Source of the DNA: Eledone cirrhosa
Taxonomy: Eukaryota
Direction: 5' to 3'
Assembly (NCBI GenBank): GCA_964016885.1
Contig: OZ024740.1
Span: 406,472,001-406,536,000, forward strand
DNA length: 64,000 nucleotides
Position 1 is the stretch's first letter, and the number at the start of each line of letters is the position of its first letter. This document shows positions 51,375 through 62,700 of the stretch, one piece after another. The position numbers and the translations under genes are program-made. The notes beneath the pieces are model-generated. The model made no database searches and was not told where the DNA came from. It saw only the letters and a program-made list of their open reading frames with translations.

Positions 51375-53600
51375 CATCATCATCTTCATCATCATTGTTT
51401 AACGTCCATCTTCCACGCTTGCATGGGTTTGGACGGGAGTTTTCCCACTTGAGGCAAGATTGGTTGTCCTGCTCGTATAGGACTGTCTGGCTGGTTTTCT
51501 ATGGCTGGATGCCCTTCCTAACACCAACCACGTTTACAGTGTGGACTGGGAGGTTTTTACCGTGTTACCTACACGGCCACATTACAGCGTGGACTGTGTG
51601 TTTTTTTGTCGTGACACCTACACGACCATTTGTTTCGGACTGGATGTTGGGGTGGGGTAGTGGGACAGGGGTGTATTTTTGTTAGAGGTGCCTACTGACT
51701 GTAGGTTTCACTTTGTACTTAGGCAAGGCGGGTCTTCTGTATGACTGTGTAGCGCCAAAGATCTCGGTCCAGTGACATTGTCTTGGAGAGGTGTAAGTGT
51801 GTGAGGTCGGAATTTATCAAGTCGTCCCAGGTTTTTCTGGGTCTGCCTACTCCGTGGCTACCGTCTATTTTTATCGCCCTGCACTTTTTTATACAGCTGT
51901 CGTCTTTCATGAGCATCACGTGACCGTACCGACGTAGTCTTCTCTCGAGTAAACAATATCTGATCCCTCTTATTCCTAATTTCTCCCTTAGTTCGTTTAT
52001 GCTTTGCCGTTCACGTATATTACTATTACACATCCAGTGGAGCATGCAAGCTTCGTTCCTCTCCAGTCTTCGTATATCTTCTGTACACAATGCCCAGGTC
52101 TCACTGCCATGTAACATTGATGTTCGTATGCAGGCATCATACAGCCTGCCTTTCATTTTTAGAGAGAACCCTTTAGCGGCCAATAGTGGTATAAGCTCTC
52201 TGAACTTTTCCATCCCGTTCTGACTCTAGCTGCTGTACTTTCAGAGCACCCTTCCACACAGCTGATTTTGTCACCCAGGTAACGGAAGGTGTCCACTATT
52301 TCTATAGAACCATCTGTGCAATGGAATGAGCTAGTATTCTGTGGGCACTTGCTGCTACTTATTGCACCAGAGCACCGGCCACATATAAAATCTATATTCT
52401 TAGTTAGCTTACCTGTGATCCCACTACATCTTTTTTGCACCCATACTTTGCATTTGGGACATAAAATGGAGTTTCTGCCTACTCTTTTCCTACACACTGA
52501 GCATAGCCATTTCCCAGATGGGACCGGTGCCCTATTTTCCTTCCTACAAACTAGAACTTTAGTCTTAGACAAGTTAACTTTAAGGCCTTTTGATTCTAGG
52601 CCATGCTTCCATGTTTGGAATTTCTTCTCTAGTTCAGCCATTGATTCAGCTATGAGCGTTAGATCATCTGCATATAGGAGTTACCATGGGCAGCCGGTTT
52701 TGAACCCCTCTGTTATAGCCTGAATGGCAATAATAAATAGTAGGGGGATAAGAACGGAGCCCTGATGAACACCAACTTTTACGCTAAACTCTTCACTATA
52801 TTCGTTGTTAATTCTAACCTTGCTGACTGTTTCTTTATACATGGCTTGTATAGCTCTCACAAGCCATTCATCAACACATAGTTTTCTAAGAGCCCACCAG
52901 ATAATGGAGCAGGGGACTCTGTCAAAGGCTTTCTCCAAGTCAACAAAAGCTAAGTATAGGAGTTTACTTTAAGCTAGGTACTTCTCCTGTAGTTGTACAA
53001 TGAAAAAGGCGTTTGTTGTACTTTTACCTGACACAAACCCGAACTGCATTTAATCTAGATCAATTCGTTCTCTGATTAGTTGCGCTATTACTTTTTCTGT
53101 GACCTTCATGACCTGGTCAATTAATTTAATGCCTCTATAGTTTCCCCTATCTAGGGCATCTCCTTTACGCTTGTAGCAGTTAATGATGATGCTGCTACGC
53201 CAGTCCTTTGGAACGGCCCCATTCTGTATGACTTGGTTTACTATCCGAGTGACCATAGTGTGTCCCACCGTTCCAGATGCTTTCAGCATTTCAGCAACTA
53301 TTTCCGAAGGCCCAGCCGCCTTACCCGTCTTCATATCTTTGATTGCCTTACTTATTATACTACCTTCAACTAACACTGCTGGTCCCTCTATTGGATCGAT
53401 GTCTTTCTCCCATTTATTCTCCTCATTTAGTAGCCTTTCGTAGTGACACTTCCAAGCTACCTTCTTATCAGTATCAGTGATGGCAAGTACACCATCATCA
53501 TTAAGGACACACTTCTCTCCGACAATATCACGGTTTTCCTTGACACATTGCCTAGCAATCCTGAACACCTCACGTTTTTGGTCCTCGCGTTGTAGAACAT
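51375..53600 (-). mobile_element. RTE LINE, 5'-truncated, several frameshifts and stops, (GAT)n tail
   Basis: Fragments GKAAGPS...[20 protein letters not shown], the Cys-rich insert and RLRRYGHV. The 3' UTR matches that of 9585-11218. Confidence 0.93.
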
Positions 53601-53783
53601 ATATATATATATATATAAATATATATATATATGTGTGTGTGTGTGTGTAGTTTAGGGATAACAGTAGTCCGATGAGCTTTTGATTCCAGAGTCGGGCCCG
53701 ATCGATACCTTGAGCTGATCAATCGCGAAACGCACGGCACATCTCAATAAATATAATGAAAATTTAACACCATATTATTATAT

Positions 53784-53814
<31 letters not shown>

Positions 53815-53894
53815 ACAAAGGAATTGTGGTAAGGAACCAGATGGACCCTAACGCACCAGAGTACTCAATACTTAGGGTAGTAGAGTGGGAAGAG

Positions 53895-53998
53895 GAAAAA
53901 GTATGACCCCGACGGCAGAGCTCAAGCCGTTTCGACGGCTATTTCTGGACTGAAATAGCCGTCGAAACGGCTTGAGCTCTGCCGTCGGGGTCATACTT

Positions 53999-54002
<4 letters not shown>
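53895..54002. repeat. Perfect 51-bp inverted repeat with 6-nt loop
   Basis: 53895-53945 is the exact reverse complement of 53952-54002; the loop is TGGACT. Confidence 0.92.
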
Positions 54003-54032
<30 letters not shown>

Positions 54033-54040
<8 letters not shown>

Positions 54041-54740
54041 GAAAGGTATAGAAAACATTGTAGCAAAAAGCCAACAGTATTCCATAATATATAAGTGACT
54101 ATAACGTCAAAATGGGAAAAATAGTTAACGTAAGATGTGGGAAAAATAATTCAAACTCATCTCAAAGAGAATCAGGATATAGATTCATCCACAGAATTTA
54201 GTGAAATCCAAGGAAAAATCAATAGAGCCTTAACTCATGATAAAATAAAGTTTAAAATACCTATCCTTCAATTTGGAAAAACTTCAAATGCTCTGTATAG
54301 TCTTAAAGACTATTTCACGAAAACTTTCAGTGGAGATGGTCACGGTTGGAATTCGATCCTCAGCAGAGCTCAACTCGATAACCAAAATTCTCACAGATTA
54401 ATATGCCAAAAAGGGAATTTAAAACAAGCTAGTTCACCATCATGCGTGATTATGAAAAATAAAACGCACATGTGGAAAGACAGGGTGACGTCAGAATGAG
54501 ACGAATGTTTGTTTACAAGAAACAACAGTCAAAAAACATTCCGAAAAAAACTCTACAATAAGGAGTTCAGCAAAAAGCAATATTATCGCGGTTTTTTATA
54601 AAAAAATACCGGGATTAGTCACAAATAATTTAAGCACTCTAGGAAAGAAATCCGAGTATAAATATATAAATGAAAGGTATAGAAAAACATTGTAGCAAAA
54701 AGCCAACAGTATTCCATAATATATAAGTGACTATAGCGTC

Positions 54741-54744
<4 letters not shown>
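54033..54744. repeat. ~710-bp segment bounded by ~80-bp direct repeats
   Basis: atataaatgaaaggtatagaaaacattgtagcaaaaagccaacagtattcc... occurs at about 54033 and about 54664. Confidence 0.8.
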
Positions 54745-54774
<30 letters not shown>

Positions 54775-54839
54775 TATATGTTACTCAGAATATTAATAAA
54801 TGAAGACATTCACATAATCAAAATGTTTTATTATATATA

Positions 54840-54899
54840 TTTATCTGACGAGGACGTACTGAAAAAACACCACAGTATCTTCGAAATATATATAATAAA
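54840..54899 (+). ncRNA. Type I hammerhead ribozyme inside a fold-back element
   Basis: UUUAU-CUGACGA-[GGAcGUACUG...CAGUAUCUUC]-GAAA-UAUAUA-UA-AUAAA. Inverted arms lie at about 54781-54842 / 54884-54947. A second copy at 55041 has a mutated core (CUGACAA). Confidence 0.68.
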
Positions 54900-54942
54900 A
54901 CATATTTTGATTATGTGAATGTCTTCATTTATTAATTTTCTG

Positions 54943-55035
<93 letters not shown>

Positions 55036-55316
55036 TGTATTTTATCTGACAAGGACGTACTGAAAAAAAGTATCTTCGAAATATATATAATAAAACATAT
55101 ATTTTGATTATGTGAATGTCTTCATTTATTAATATTCTGAATAATATTAATAACTCCAGAAAACTTCTTTGTAGAGTGCTTTTAATCTATTGTAAAACTA
55201 TATTCATTGAGTAATCAATGAACCATATTAATCTTTGGTTATATATATATGTTTATCCCGTGTTCAATCGGGGGTAACCACAATAAGTAAGGTACTCAAT
55301 ACAAAGCAGAGTATAA

Positions 55317-55465
55317 ATATTTAATATAGAAAGGGTTCTACAGGACTAGAACTGTTTCATTCGGGAGAAATCATCATGAAGCCCTGATGGGTCCTGGGGG
55401 CTTCCTGATGATTTCTCCCGAAGGAAACAGTTTTAGTCCTGTAGAAGTCTTTCTATATTAAATAT
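55317..55465. repeat. ~68-bp imperfect inverted repeat containing an HHR-like core
   Basis: Arms at 55317-55384 and 55398-55465. CTGATGA-TTTC tccc GAAG-GAAAC at 55405-55428. Confidence 0.75.
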
Positions 55466-55481
55466 ATATGTATATATTAAA

Positions 55482-55559
<78 letters not shown>

Positions 55560-55600
55560 CGAAACATAAGTCAATTGCATGAACTCATAATCCTTTATTT

Positions 55601-55656
55601 ACTGCTATATATATTTCGATGATAGCCATTGAATGGCTATGACCTCATCAGACAGT
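55601..55656 (-). ncRNA. Type I hammerhead ribozyme
   Basis: ACUGU-CUGAUGA-GGUcAUAGCCAU uca AUGGCUAUcAUC-GAAA-UAUAUA-UA-GCAGU. Confidence 0.78.
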
Positions 55657-55851
55657 TAGTCAGTTCTTAGCTATGCCAGCTCTGTGTTTTTGGTGTTGGT
55701 GGTTTCAGAGCCTTGGGACATATGAGCTTGTTAGGGATAATTTAATGTTGTCAGCAGGAATAATCTTAATTCTCATTGGTCAGTTTGTAGATGCTAGTAG
55801 GGTTGGTATTTGACCTCAAAGAGGTAGGTGGTGTTGTAAAGTTCAAACCGT

Positions 55852-56435
55852 CTACCTGGGACAAGAAGTGAACATGCGCCGAGACATTGAGAGGGAGATC
55901 TCGCGGAGAGTAAGGGCCGGATGGAAGGCGTTCAACGGCATAAGGGATGTGCTCAAGGGGAGGTTGGACAAGACCACCCGCGCCAACCTCTTCAATAGCA
56001 CAGTTTTACCTGCAATGTTATATGGCAGTGAAACTTGGGCTACAACGAAGAGAGAAGAGCAGAGGCTGGTAATGGCTCAAAGAGCCATGGAGAGATCAAT
56101 GCTAGGAATCTCGTTGAGAGAGCACATCAGGAGCGAAGTCATCAGACATAAGTCCGGCGTGAGGGACGTCATCACGGAATATATGCGCAGCAAGTTCAGA
56201 TGGGCTGGACACGTCGCCCGGTTCACCGATAATCGGTGGACCGGCGCAGTTGCCGAGTGGTACCCGCGCGAGCGGAAACGACCACTCGGAAGGCATCCAC
56301 GAGGGTGGAGTTATGGTTTTAAGAATACGATTGGGACTACATGGATGAGGAAAGCACGATCCAGAGAGAAATGGACGGCGTGCTGTGACCAGCGGCGCCG
56401 AATGGACGTCCGACAGACTGGTCTGTCAAGGTGAT
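55852..56435 (+). mobile_element. RTE-clade LINE 3' fragment (distinct, more GC-rich family)
   Basis: YLGQEV...EISRRVRAGWKAF...PAMLYGSETW...KFRWAGHVAR...KRPLGR, open to the stop codon, then (TA)n. Confidence 0.88.
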
Positions 56436-56446
56436 ATATATGTATA

Positions 56447-56554
56447 TGAAAAGATTCAGGACACCGACGGCTGAGCTCCGGCCGTTTCGAAAGCTAGATC
56501 CGGATCTAGCTGTTGAAACAGCCGGAGCTCAGCCGTCAGTGTCCTGAATCTTTT
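56447..56554. repeat. Imperfect long hairpin related to 53895-54002
   Basis: tgaaaagattcaggacaccgacggctgagctccggccgtttcgaaagctagatc / gatctagctgttgaaacagccggagctcagccgtcagtgtcctgaatcttttca. Confidence 0.85.
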
Positions 56555-56629
56555 CAAATTACCCACTCTACTACACCAAGTATCAAGTACTCTGGTGGGT
56601 TCACCTGGTATTTCACCATACCCTATCTG

Positions 56630-56679
<50 letters not shown>

Positions 56680-57884
56680 ATACAAACATACATTTATATA
56701 TATGTATGTACATATATTACGGTTAGGATTACAGGTGTTAATATGAAATGTGAGCTTGGTCCAGGGAAATAAAACCTATTTCTGTTAGTAATTTAAATAA
56801 GGGAGTAGCGCGAACATTGGCCAAAAGGTTTCACGGTGTGTAATTTGGGATTTCGTTTCTGCTTTTAGTTTCTACCGGAGTTGAATTTGTCCGCCATTTT
56901 TCTGAGTCGATAGAAAAATGTACTAGTAATACACTGGAGAGAGTTAATTGATATTAACCGAGACGTTCGCTTACAAAAAGAACCTTATTCGATCTAAATG
57001 ATGAAAATTGCTCGTATACTACTAACCAAGCCTAAACCCAGTTTCGATTCAGAAGTTCTTCACGTTCTCAGTTTAAATCCCACCGATGTGTACTTTGCTT
57101 CTCTTCTTTCCGAGGACAATAAATATAAAATGTCAGGCAGACACTGGTTTGACGTATATCTAAACTATAATAAAGAGGGGAGCGCGGGACTGCGTACGAT
57201 TTATAATTTTTTATCCCATTAGTAAAATAAGTTGGATTACTTTGAATAAATAATGAATGAATATTACATAATTTATCTACTAAATTTCGTGGCTGTTGAT
57301 TAAATATATTTTGTTTATTTAAAGATTCACTTCTTTAAAATGTTTGAAATGTCAACACATCCGGTTGACGATCGCTTAAATAAACATACTAATTTTCTGT
57401 CACTAATTTTTTCCTAATGCAGTTTATATATAATATCGTTTTTTAAAATGTATCATGGATTACTTTACTGATTACATAAAACGCAGTCTTCGTTCAATTT
57501 CTGTGTATATTGTCAATTACGATTTTATTTGATGTATCATATCTACATGGATATATACTTGCGGGTAATATAAATATACACACTACATATGCTAGCAGAA
57601 AACCACCCGAAGGGTAGTTTTTCTGCTAGTTTCAATAATGTATCTTAAATGTAATGGAAAACATTCCCCTTTTCTTACGTCATTAATTGTCCGGATGGTC
57701 ACGTCGAAAGGGTGCCGAACAAACAGCCTTGAAATCGATGATTTGTATTTTGTCACCATTTACAAGCGTGTCAAATAATGGTGTTAATGAGGCTGGAACC
57801 AACGGTAAAGGTCTTTCGCCCGGCAGATGTCCTGTGGTCGAGCAACGCAGGCACGGTCGTCATCCAGAGATCGCTCACAATCAA

Positions 57885-58095
57885 AGTCAGCGAAAAAGAT
57901 GGAGCAAGGGGGCGAACCGAATTGTAATTGAGTGCTAGATCAGAAGTGAACCCAATGGAAGGGGATTCCGAAAGCGCATAAAATCAAAATGGAATGAAAT
58001 TGGACTCTTTCACATAAATGAACAACGATTAGCCGATCAAACAAAAGCATTGAGAACAAATGGCATGAAAATTGAAGAAATAAAAAAGAAAGTGG
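57885..58095 (+). pseudogene. Relic of the N-terminal region of an R4/Dong-like non-LTR retrotransposon ORF
   Basis: My translation RKRWSKGANRIVIEC*IRSEPNGRGFRKRIKSKW...EQRLADQ..ALRTNG..IEEIK resembles the N-terminus of that clade (recognised from memory). Confidence 0.6.
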
Positions 58096-58574
58096 ATCAG
58101 AGCCAAAAGTGAGAAAGGAGTATGTTGTATTCCTACACCAAAGATATTAGATACAGTACTCATACGCGTGTAACGTATTTCTTTATCATATCACTACATG
58201 TGACTACAGTGGCAGAAATTGTGAAGTGAGTTTTTGATAAATGGATTCGTTGCAAATACAACTGCTATGTCATGGTCGAATAAAATTGCACTTGATAATT
58301 TTCTTCGTTGTTTCTGTTGAATGCTGCTCTTTACATTGTTAATTGCGGTCAACAGACTCCATAAGGGAGGGGGGGGCAGTTGTAGCGATGGGAATTTCCC
58401 ACAGTGGTTTTCCGAAGGCTACGATCACAAAGGCTCTGACCTATGACCTCGGAGACATAACTTTCGCCTGTGGAAGAATCACGGCGCCAAATTAAACACT
58501 TCTATATAACGAACCATCGTGAGAAAGATAGCTGTGATTTTCGGTCTAGCCATTCTGCAACATTTCACTCGTTA

Positions 58575-58577
58575 CAC

Positions 58578-58659
<82 letters not shown>
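58575..58659. repeat. (CA)n microsatellite
   Basis: Direct reading. Confidence 0.97.
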
Positions 58660-58662
<3 letters not shown>

Positions 58663-59099
58663 TTTGGATTAAGCCTTGCACTTTTTAAGGGATTTTGTTC
58701 CGACGATAAAAAAGGACCACCCGCGCCACGTACACAAATAGATTTAATAATTGTATCTTACTGAACATTATGGATTGTATCTTTTGCGAAGTGAAGTTAA
58801 ACTAGTTGTTATTGGTACTTGTGTGTTTACTTTTTCTCCGAATTTACAACAACAAAGAGACTTCGCTTCAGAGCTCCTTTAATTTACCATTTCCAGACCT
58901 GTCACCTCTCCCCGTCCGACGAAGAGATCTGCCACCCACTCTAGGATGGGTGAGAGATGTCTTCTCTTTTGAAAATGGGTATAACTTTCATTATGTAAAA
59001 TCTTCCCATTTTGTCTCATTTCTCCCCGTTTTGGGGCACTTTTTTTCATGGTACTCTCCGTTAACGTTTTTAGGGGTTGGTAGGTCTGCATTCCATTGA

Positions 59100-59289
59100 A
59101 TAATTGTTTCTACTTTAGGCACAAGGCCAGCAATTACCCAGTACATTACTGGTACTTTATTTTATCGACCCCGTAAGGATGAAAGGCAAAGTTAACCTCG
59201 GCGGGATTTGAACTCAGATCATAAAGGGAGGTAACTCTATGCTTCAAAGCATGGTGTCTGACTCTCTACCGATACTGCCAATCCACCGC
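59100..59289 (-). mobile_element. tRNA-derived SINE with target-site duplication
   Basis: Reverse complement of the 24890-type SINE. GCATTCCATTGAATAAT occurs at both 59088-59104 and 59288-59304. Confidence 0.88.
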
Positions 59290-59601
59290 ATTCCATTGAA
59301 TAATGTTTGCTTGCAAGATCCTTCCGTAAAGATTTGTCTCATTACCTCGAACTTTTTATGGAATGAACTTTGGGGGAAAGAAACAATGTCGATCTCATTT
59401 ACAACTTTCCTTTATTGTGGCAAGAAGTGCGGTTAATACGACTGTGCTTGTCATCCTATAAGGAAAAATAGTTAATTGGAGTTAAACCTAAAATATCCTC
59501 AGCTCAAAATATGTTTTAAAAGCCATCGTTCTGAAAGCATTGCAGAAATTAAAGGAACATTTCAAAACGAGATCATGATTTCAAATCTGAATTTGATAAG
59601 C

Positions 59602-59787
59602 TGACTGTTGACTAGGCTGGGGTTCAGGTTGAATTCAGCACCAAAGATCATGGTGACGGTTCTCAAGACCATTCTGGGGAAGATGTACAAGGTGAAGAGG
59701 GCCACTAATTCCTACATCGACGATATTTTGGTAGATGAGACCGTGGTGTCGGCAACAGAGGTTCTCAAGCCACCTAGGAAGGTATGG
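59602..59787 (+). pseudogene. Ty3/Gypsy reverse transcriptase fragment
   Basis: LTRLGFRLNSAPKIM...SYIDDILV corresponds to the RT (P/G)FGL.NAP and YxDD motifs. Confidence 0.8.
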
Positions 59788-62700
59788 GTAGATGAGACCG
59801 TGGTGTCAGCAACAGAGGTCTCAAGCCACCTAGGAAGGTATGGGAAGATGAGACCGTGGTGTCAGCAGCAGAGGTCTCAAACCACATAGGAAGGTATGGG
59901 TAGATGAGACCGTGGTGTCAGCAGCAGAGGTCTCAAGCTACCTAGGAAGGTATGGGTAGATGAGACCGTGGTGTCAGCAACAGAGGTCTCAAGCCACCTA
60001 CGAAGGTATGGGTAGATGAGACCGTGGTGTCAGCAGCAGAGGTCTCAAGCCACCTAGGAAGGTATGGGTAGATGAGACCGTGGTGTCAGCAACAGAGGTC
60101 TCAAGCTACCTAGGAAGGTATGGGTAGATGAGACCGTGGTGTCAGCAACAGAGGTCTCAAGCCACCTAGGAAGGTATGGGAAGATGAGACCATGGTGTCA
60201 GCAACAGAGGTCTCAAGCCACCTAGGAAGGTATGGGTAGATGAGACCGTGGTGTCAGCAACAGAGGTCTCAAGCCACCTAGGAAGGTATGGGTAGATGAG
60301 ACCGTGGTGTCAGCAACAGAGGTCTCAAGCCACCTAGGAAGGTATGGGAAGATGAGACCGTGCTGTCAGCAGCAGAGGTCTCAAGCCACATAGGAAGGTA
60401 TGGGTAGATGAGACCGTGGTGTCAGCAACAGAGGTCTCAAGCCACCTAGGAAGGTATGGGAAGATGAGACCGTGGTGTCAGCAGCAGAGGTCTCAAACCA
60501 CATAGGAAGGTATGGGTAGATGAGACCGTGGTGTCAGCAGCAGAGGTCTCAAGCCACCTAGGAAGGTATGGTTAGATGAGACCATGGTGTCAGCAACAGA
60601 GGTCTCAAGCCACCTAGGAAGGTATGGGTAGATGAGACCCTGGTGCCAGCAACAGAGGTCTCAAGCCACCTAGGAAGGTATGGGAAGATGAGACCGTGGT
60701 GTCAGCAGCAGAGGTCTCAAGCCACCTAGGAAGGTATGGGTAGATGAGACCGTGGTGTCAGCAACAGAGGTCTCAAGCCACCTAGGAAGGTATGGGAAGA
60801 TGAGACCGTGGTGTCAGCAACAGAGGTCTCAAACCACATAGGAAGGTATGGGTAGATGAGACCGTGGTGTCAGCAGCAGAGGTCTCAAGCCACCTAGGAA
60901 GGTATGGTTAGATGAGACCATGGTGTCAGCAACAGAGGTCTCAAGCCACCTAGGAAGGTATGGGTAGATGAGACCCTGGTGCCAGCAACAGAGGTCTCAA
61001 GCCACCTAGGAAGGTATGGGAAGATGAGACCGTGGTGTCAGCAGCAGAGGTCTCAAGCCACCTAGGAAGGTATGGGTAGATGAGACCGTGGTGTCAGCAA
61101 CAGAGGTCTCAAGCCACCTAGGAAGGTATGGGAAGATGAGACCGTGGTGTCAGCAGCAGAGGTCTCAAACCACATAGGAAGGTATGGGTAGATGAGACCG
61201 TGGTGTCAGCAGCAGAGGTCTCAAGCCACCTAGGAAGGTATGGTTAGATGAGACCGTGGTGTCAGCAACAGAGGTCTCAAGCCACCTAGGAAGGTATGGG
61301 TAGATGAGACCGTGGTGTCAGCAACAGAGGTCTCAAGCTACCTAGGAAGGTATGGGTAGATGAGACCGTGGTGTCAGCAACAGAGGTCTCAAGCTACCTA
61401 GGAAGGTATGGGTAGATGAGACCGTGGTGTCAGCAACAGAGGTCTCAAGCCACCTAGGAAGGTATGGGTAGATGAGACCCTGGTGCCAGCAACAGAGGTC
61501 TCAAGCCACCTAGGAAGGTATGGGAAGATGAGACCGTGGTGTCAGCAGCAGAGGTCTCAAGCCACCTAGGAAGGTATGGGTAGATGAGACCGTGGTGTCA
61601 GCAACAGAGGTCTCAAGCCACCTAGGAAGGTATGGGAAGATGAGACCGTGGTGTCAGCAGCAGAGGTCTCAAACCACATAGGAAGGTATGGGTAGATGAG
61701 ACCGTGGTGTCAGCAGCAGAGGTCTCAAGCCACCTAGGAAGGTATGGTTAGATGAGACCGTGGTGTCAGCAACAGAGGTCTCAAGCCACCTAGGAAGGTA
61801 TGGGTAGATGAGACCGTGGTGTCAGCAACAGAGGTCTCAAGCTACCTAGGAAGGTATGGGTAGATGAGACCGTGGTGTCAGCAACAGAGGTCTCAAGCTA
61901 CCTAGGAAGGTATGGGTAGATGAGACCGTGGTGTCAGCAACAGAGGTCTCAAGCCACCTAGGAAGGTATGGGTAGATGAGACCCTGGTGCCAGCAACAGA
62001 GGTCTCAAGCCACCTAGGAAGGTATGGGAAGATGAGACCGTGGTGTCAGCAGCAGAGGTCTCAAGCCACCTAGGAAGGTATGGGTAGATGAGACCGTGGT
62101 GTCAGCAACAGAGGTCTCAAGCCACCTAGGAAGGTATGGGAAGATGAGACCGTGGTGTCAGCAGCAGAGGTCTCAAACCACATAGGAAGGTATGGGTAGA
62201 TGAGACCGTGGTGTCAGCAGCAGAGGTCTCAAGCCACCTAGGAAGGTATGGTTAGATGAGACCGTGGTGTCAGCAACAGAGGTCTCAAGCCACCTAGGAA
62301 GGTATGGGTAGATGAGACCGTGGTGTCAGCAACAGAGGTCTCAAGCTACCTAGGAAGGTATGGGTAGATGAGACCGTGGTGTCAGCAACAGAGGTCTCAA
62401 GCTACCTAGGAAGGTATGGGTAGATGAGACCGTGGTGTCAGCAACAGAGGTCTCAAGCCACCTAGGAAGGTATGCGTAGATGAGACCGTGGTGTCAGCAA
62501 CAGAGGTCTCAAGCTACCTAGGAAGGTATGGGTAGATGAGACCATGGTGTCAGCAACAGAGGTCTCAAGCCACCTAGGAAGGTATGGGTAGATGAGACCA
62601 TGGTGTCAGCAACAGAGGTCTCAAGCCACATAGGAAGGTATGGGTAGATGAGACCGTGGTGTCAGCAACAGAGGTCTCAAGCCACCTAGGAAGGTATGGG

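Noticed and set aside
53665-53740. Hammerhead-like CCGATGAG...CGAAACGC
   Set aside because: The core is mutated and I could not build stems I-III convincingly.
57591-57630. Rho-independent terminator
   Set aside because: The context is eukaryotic with no upstream gene, and the T-run is part of the stem.
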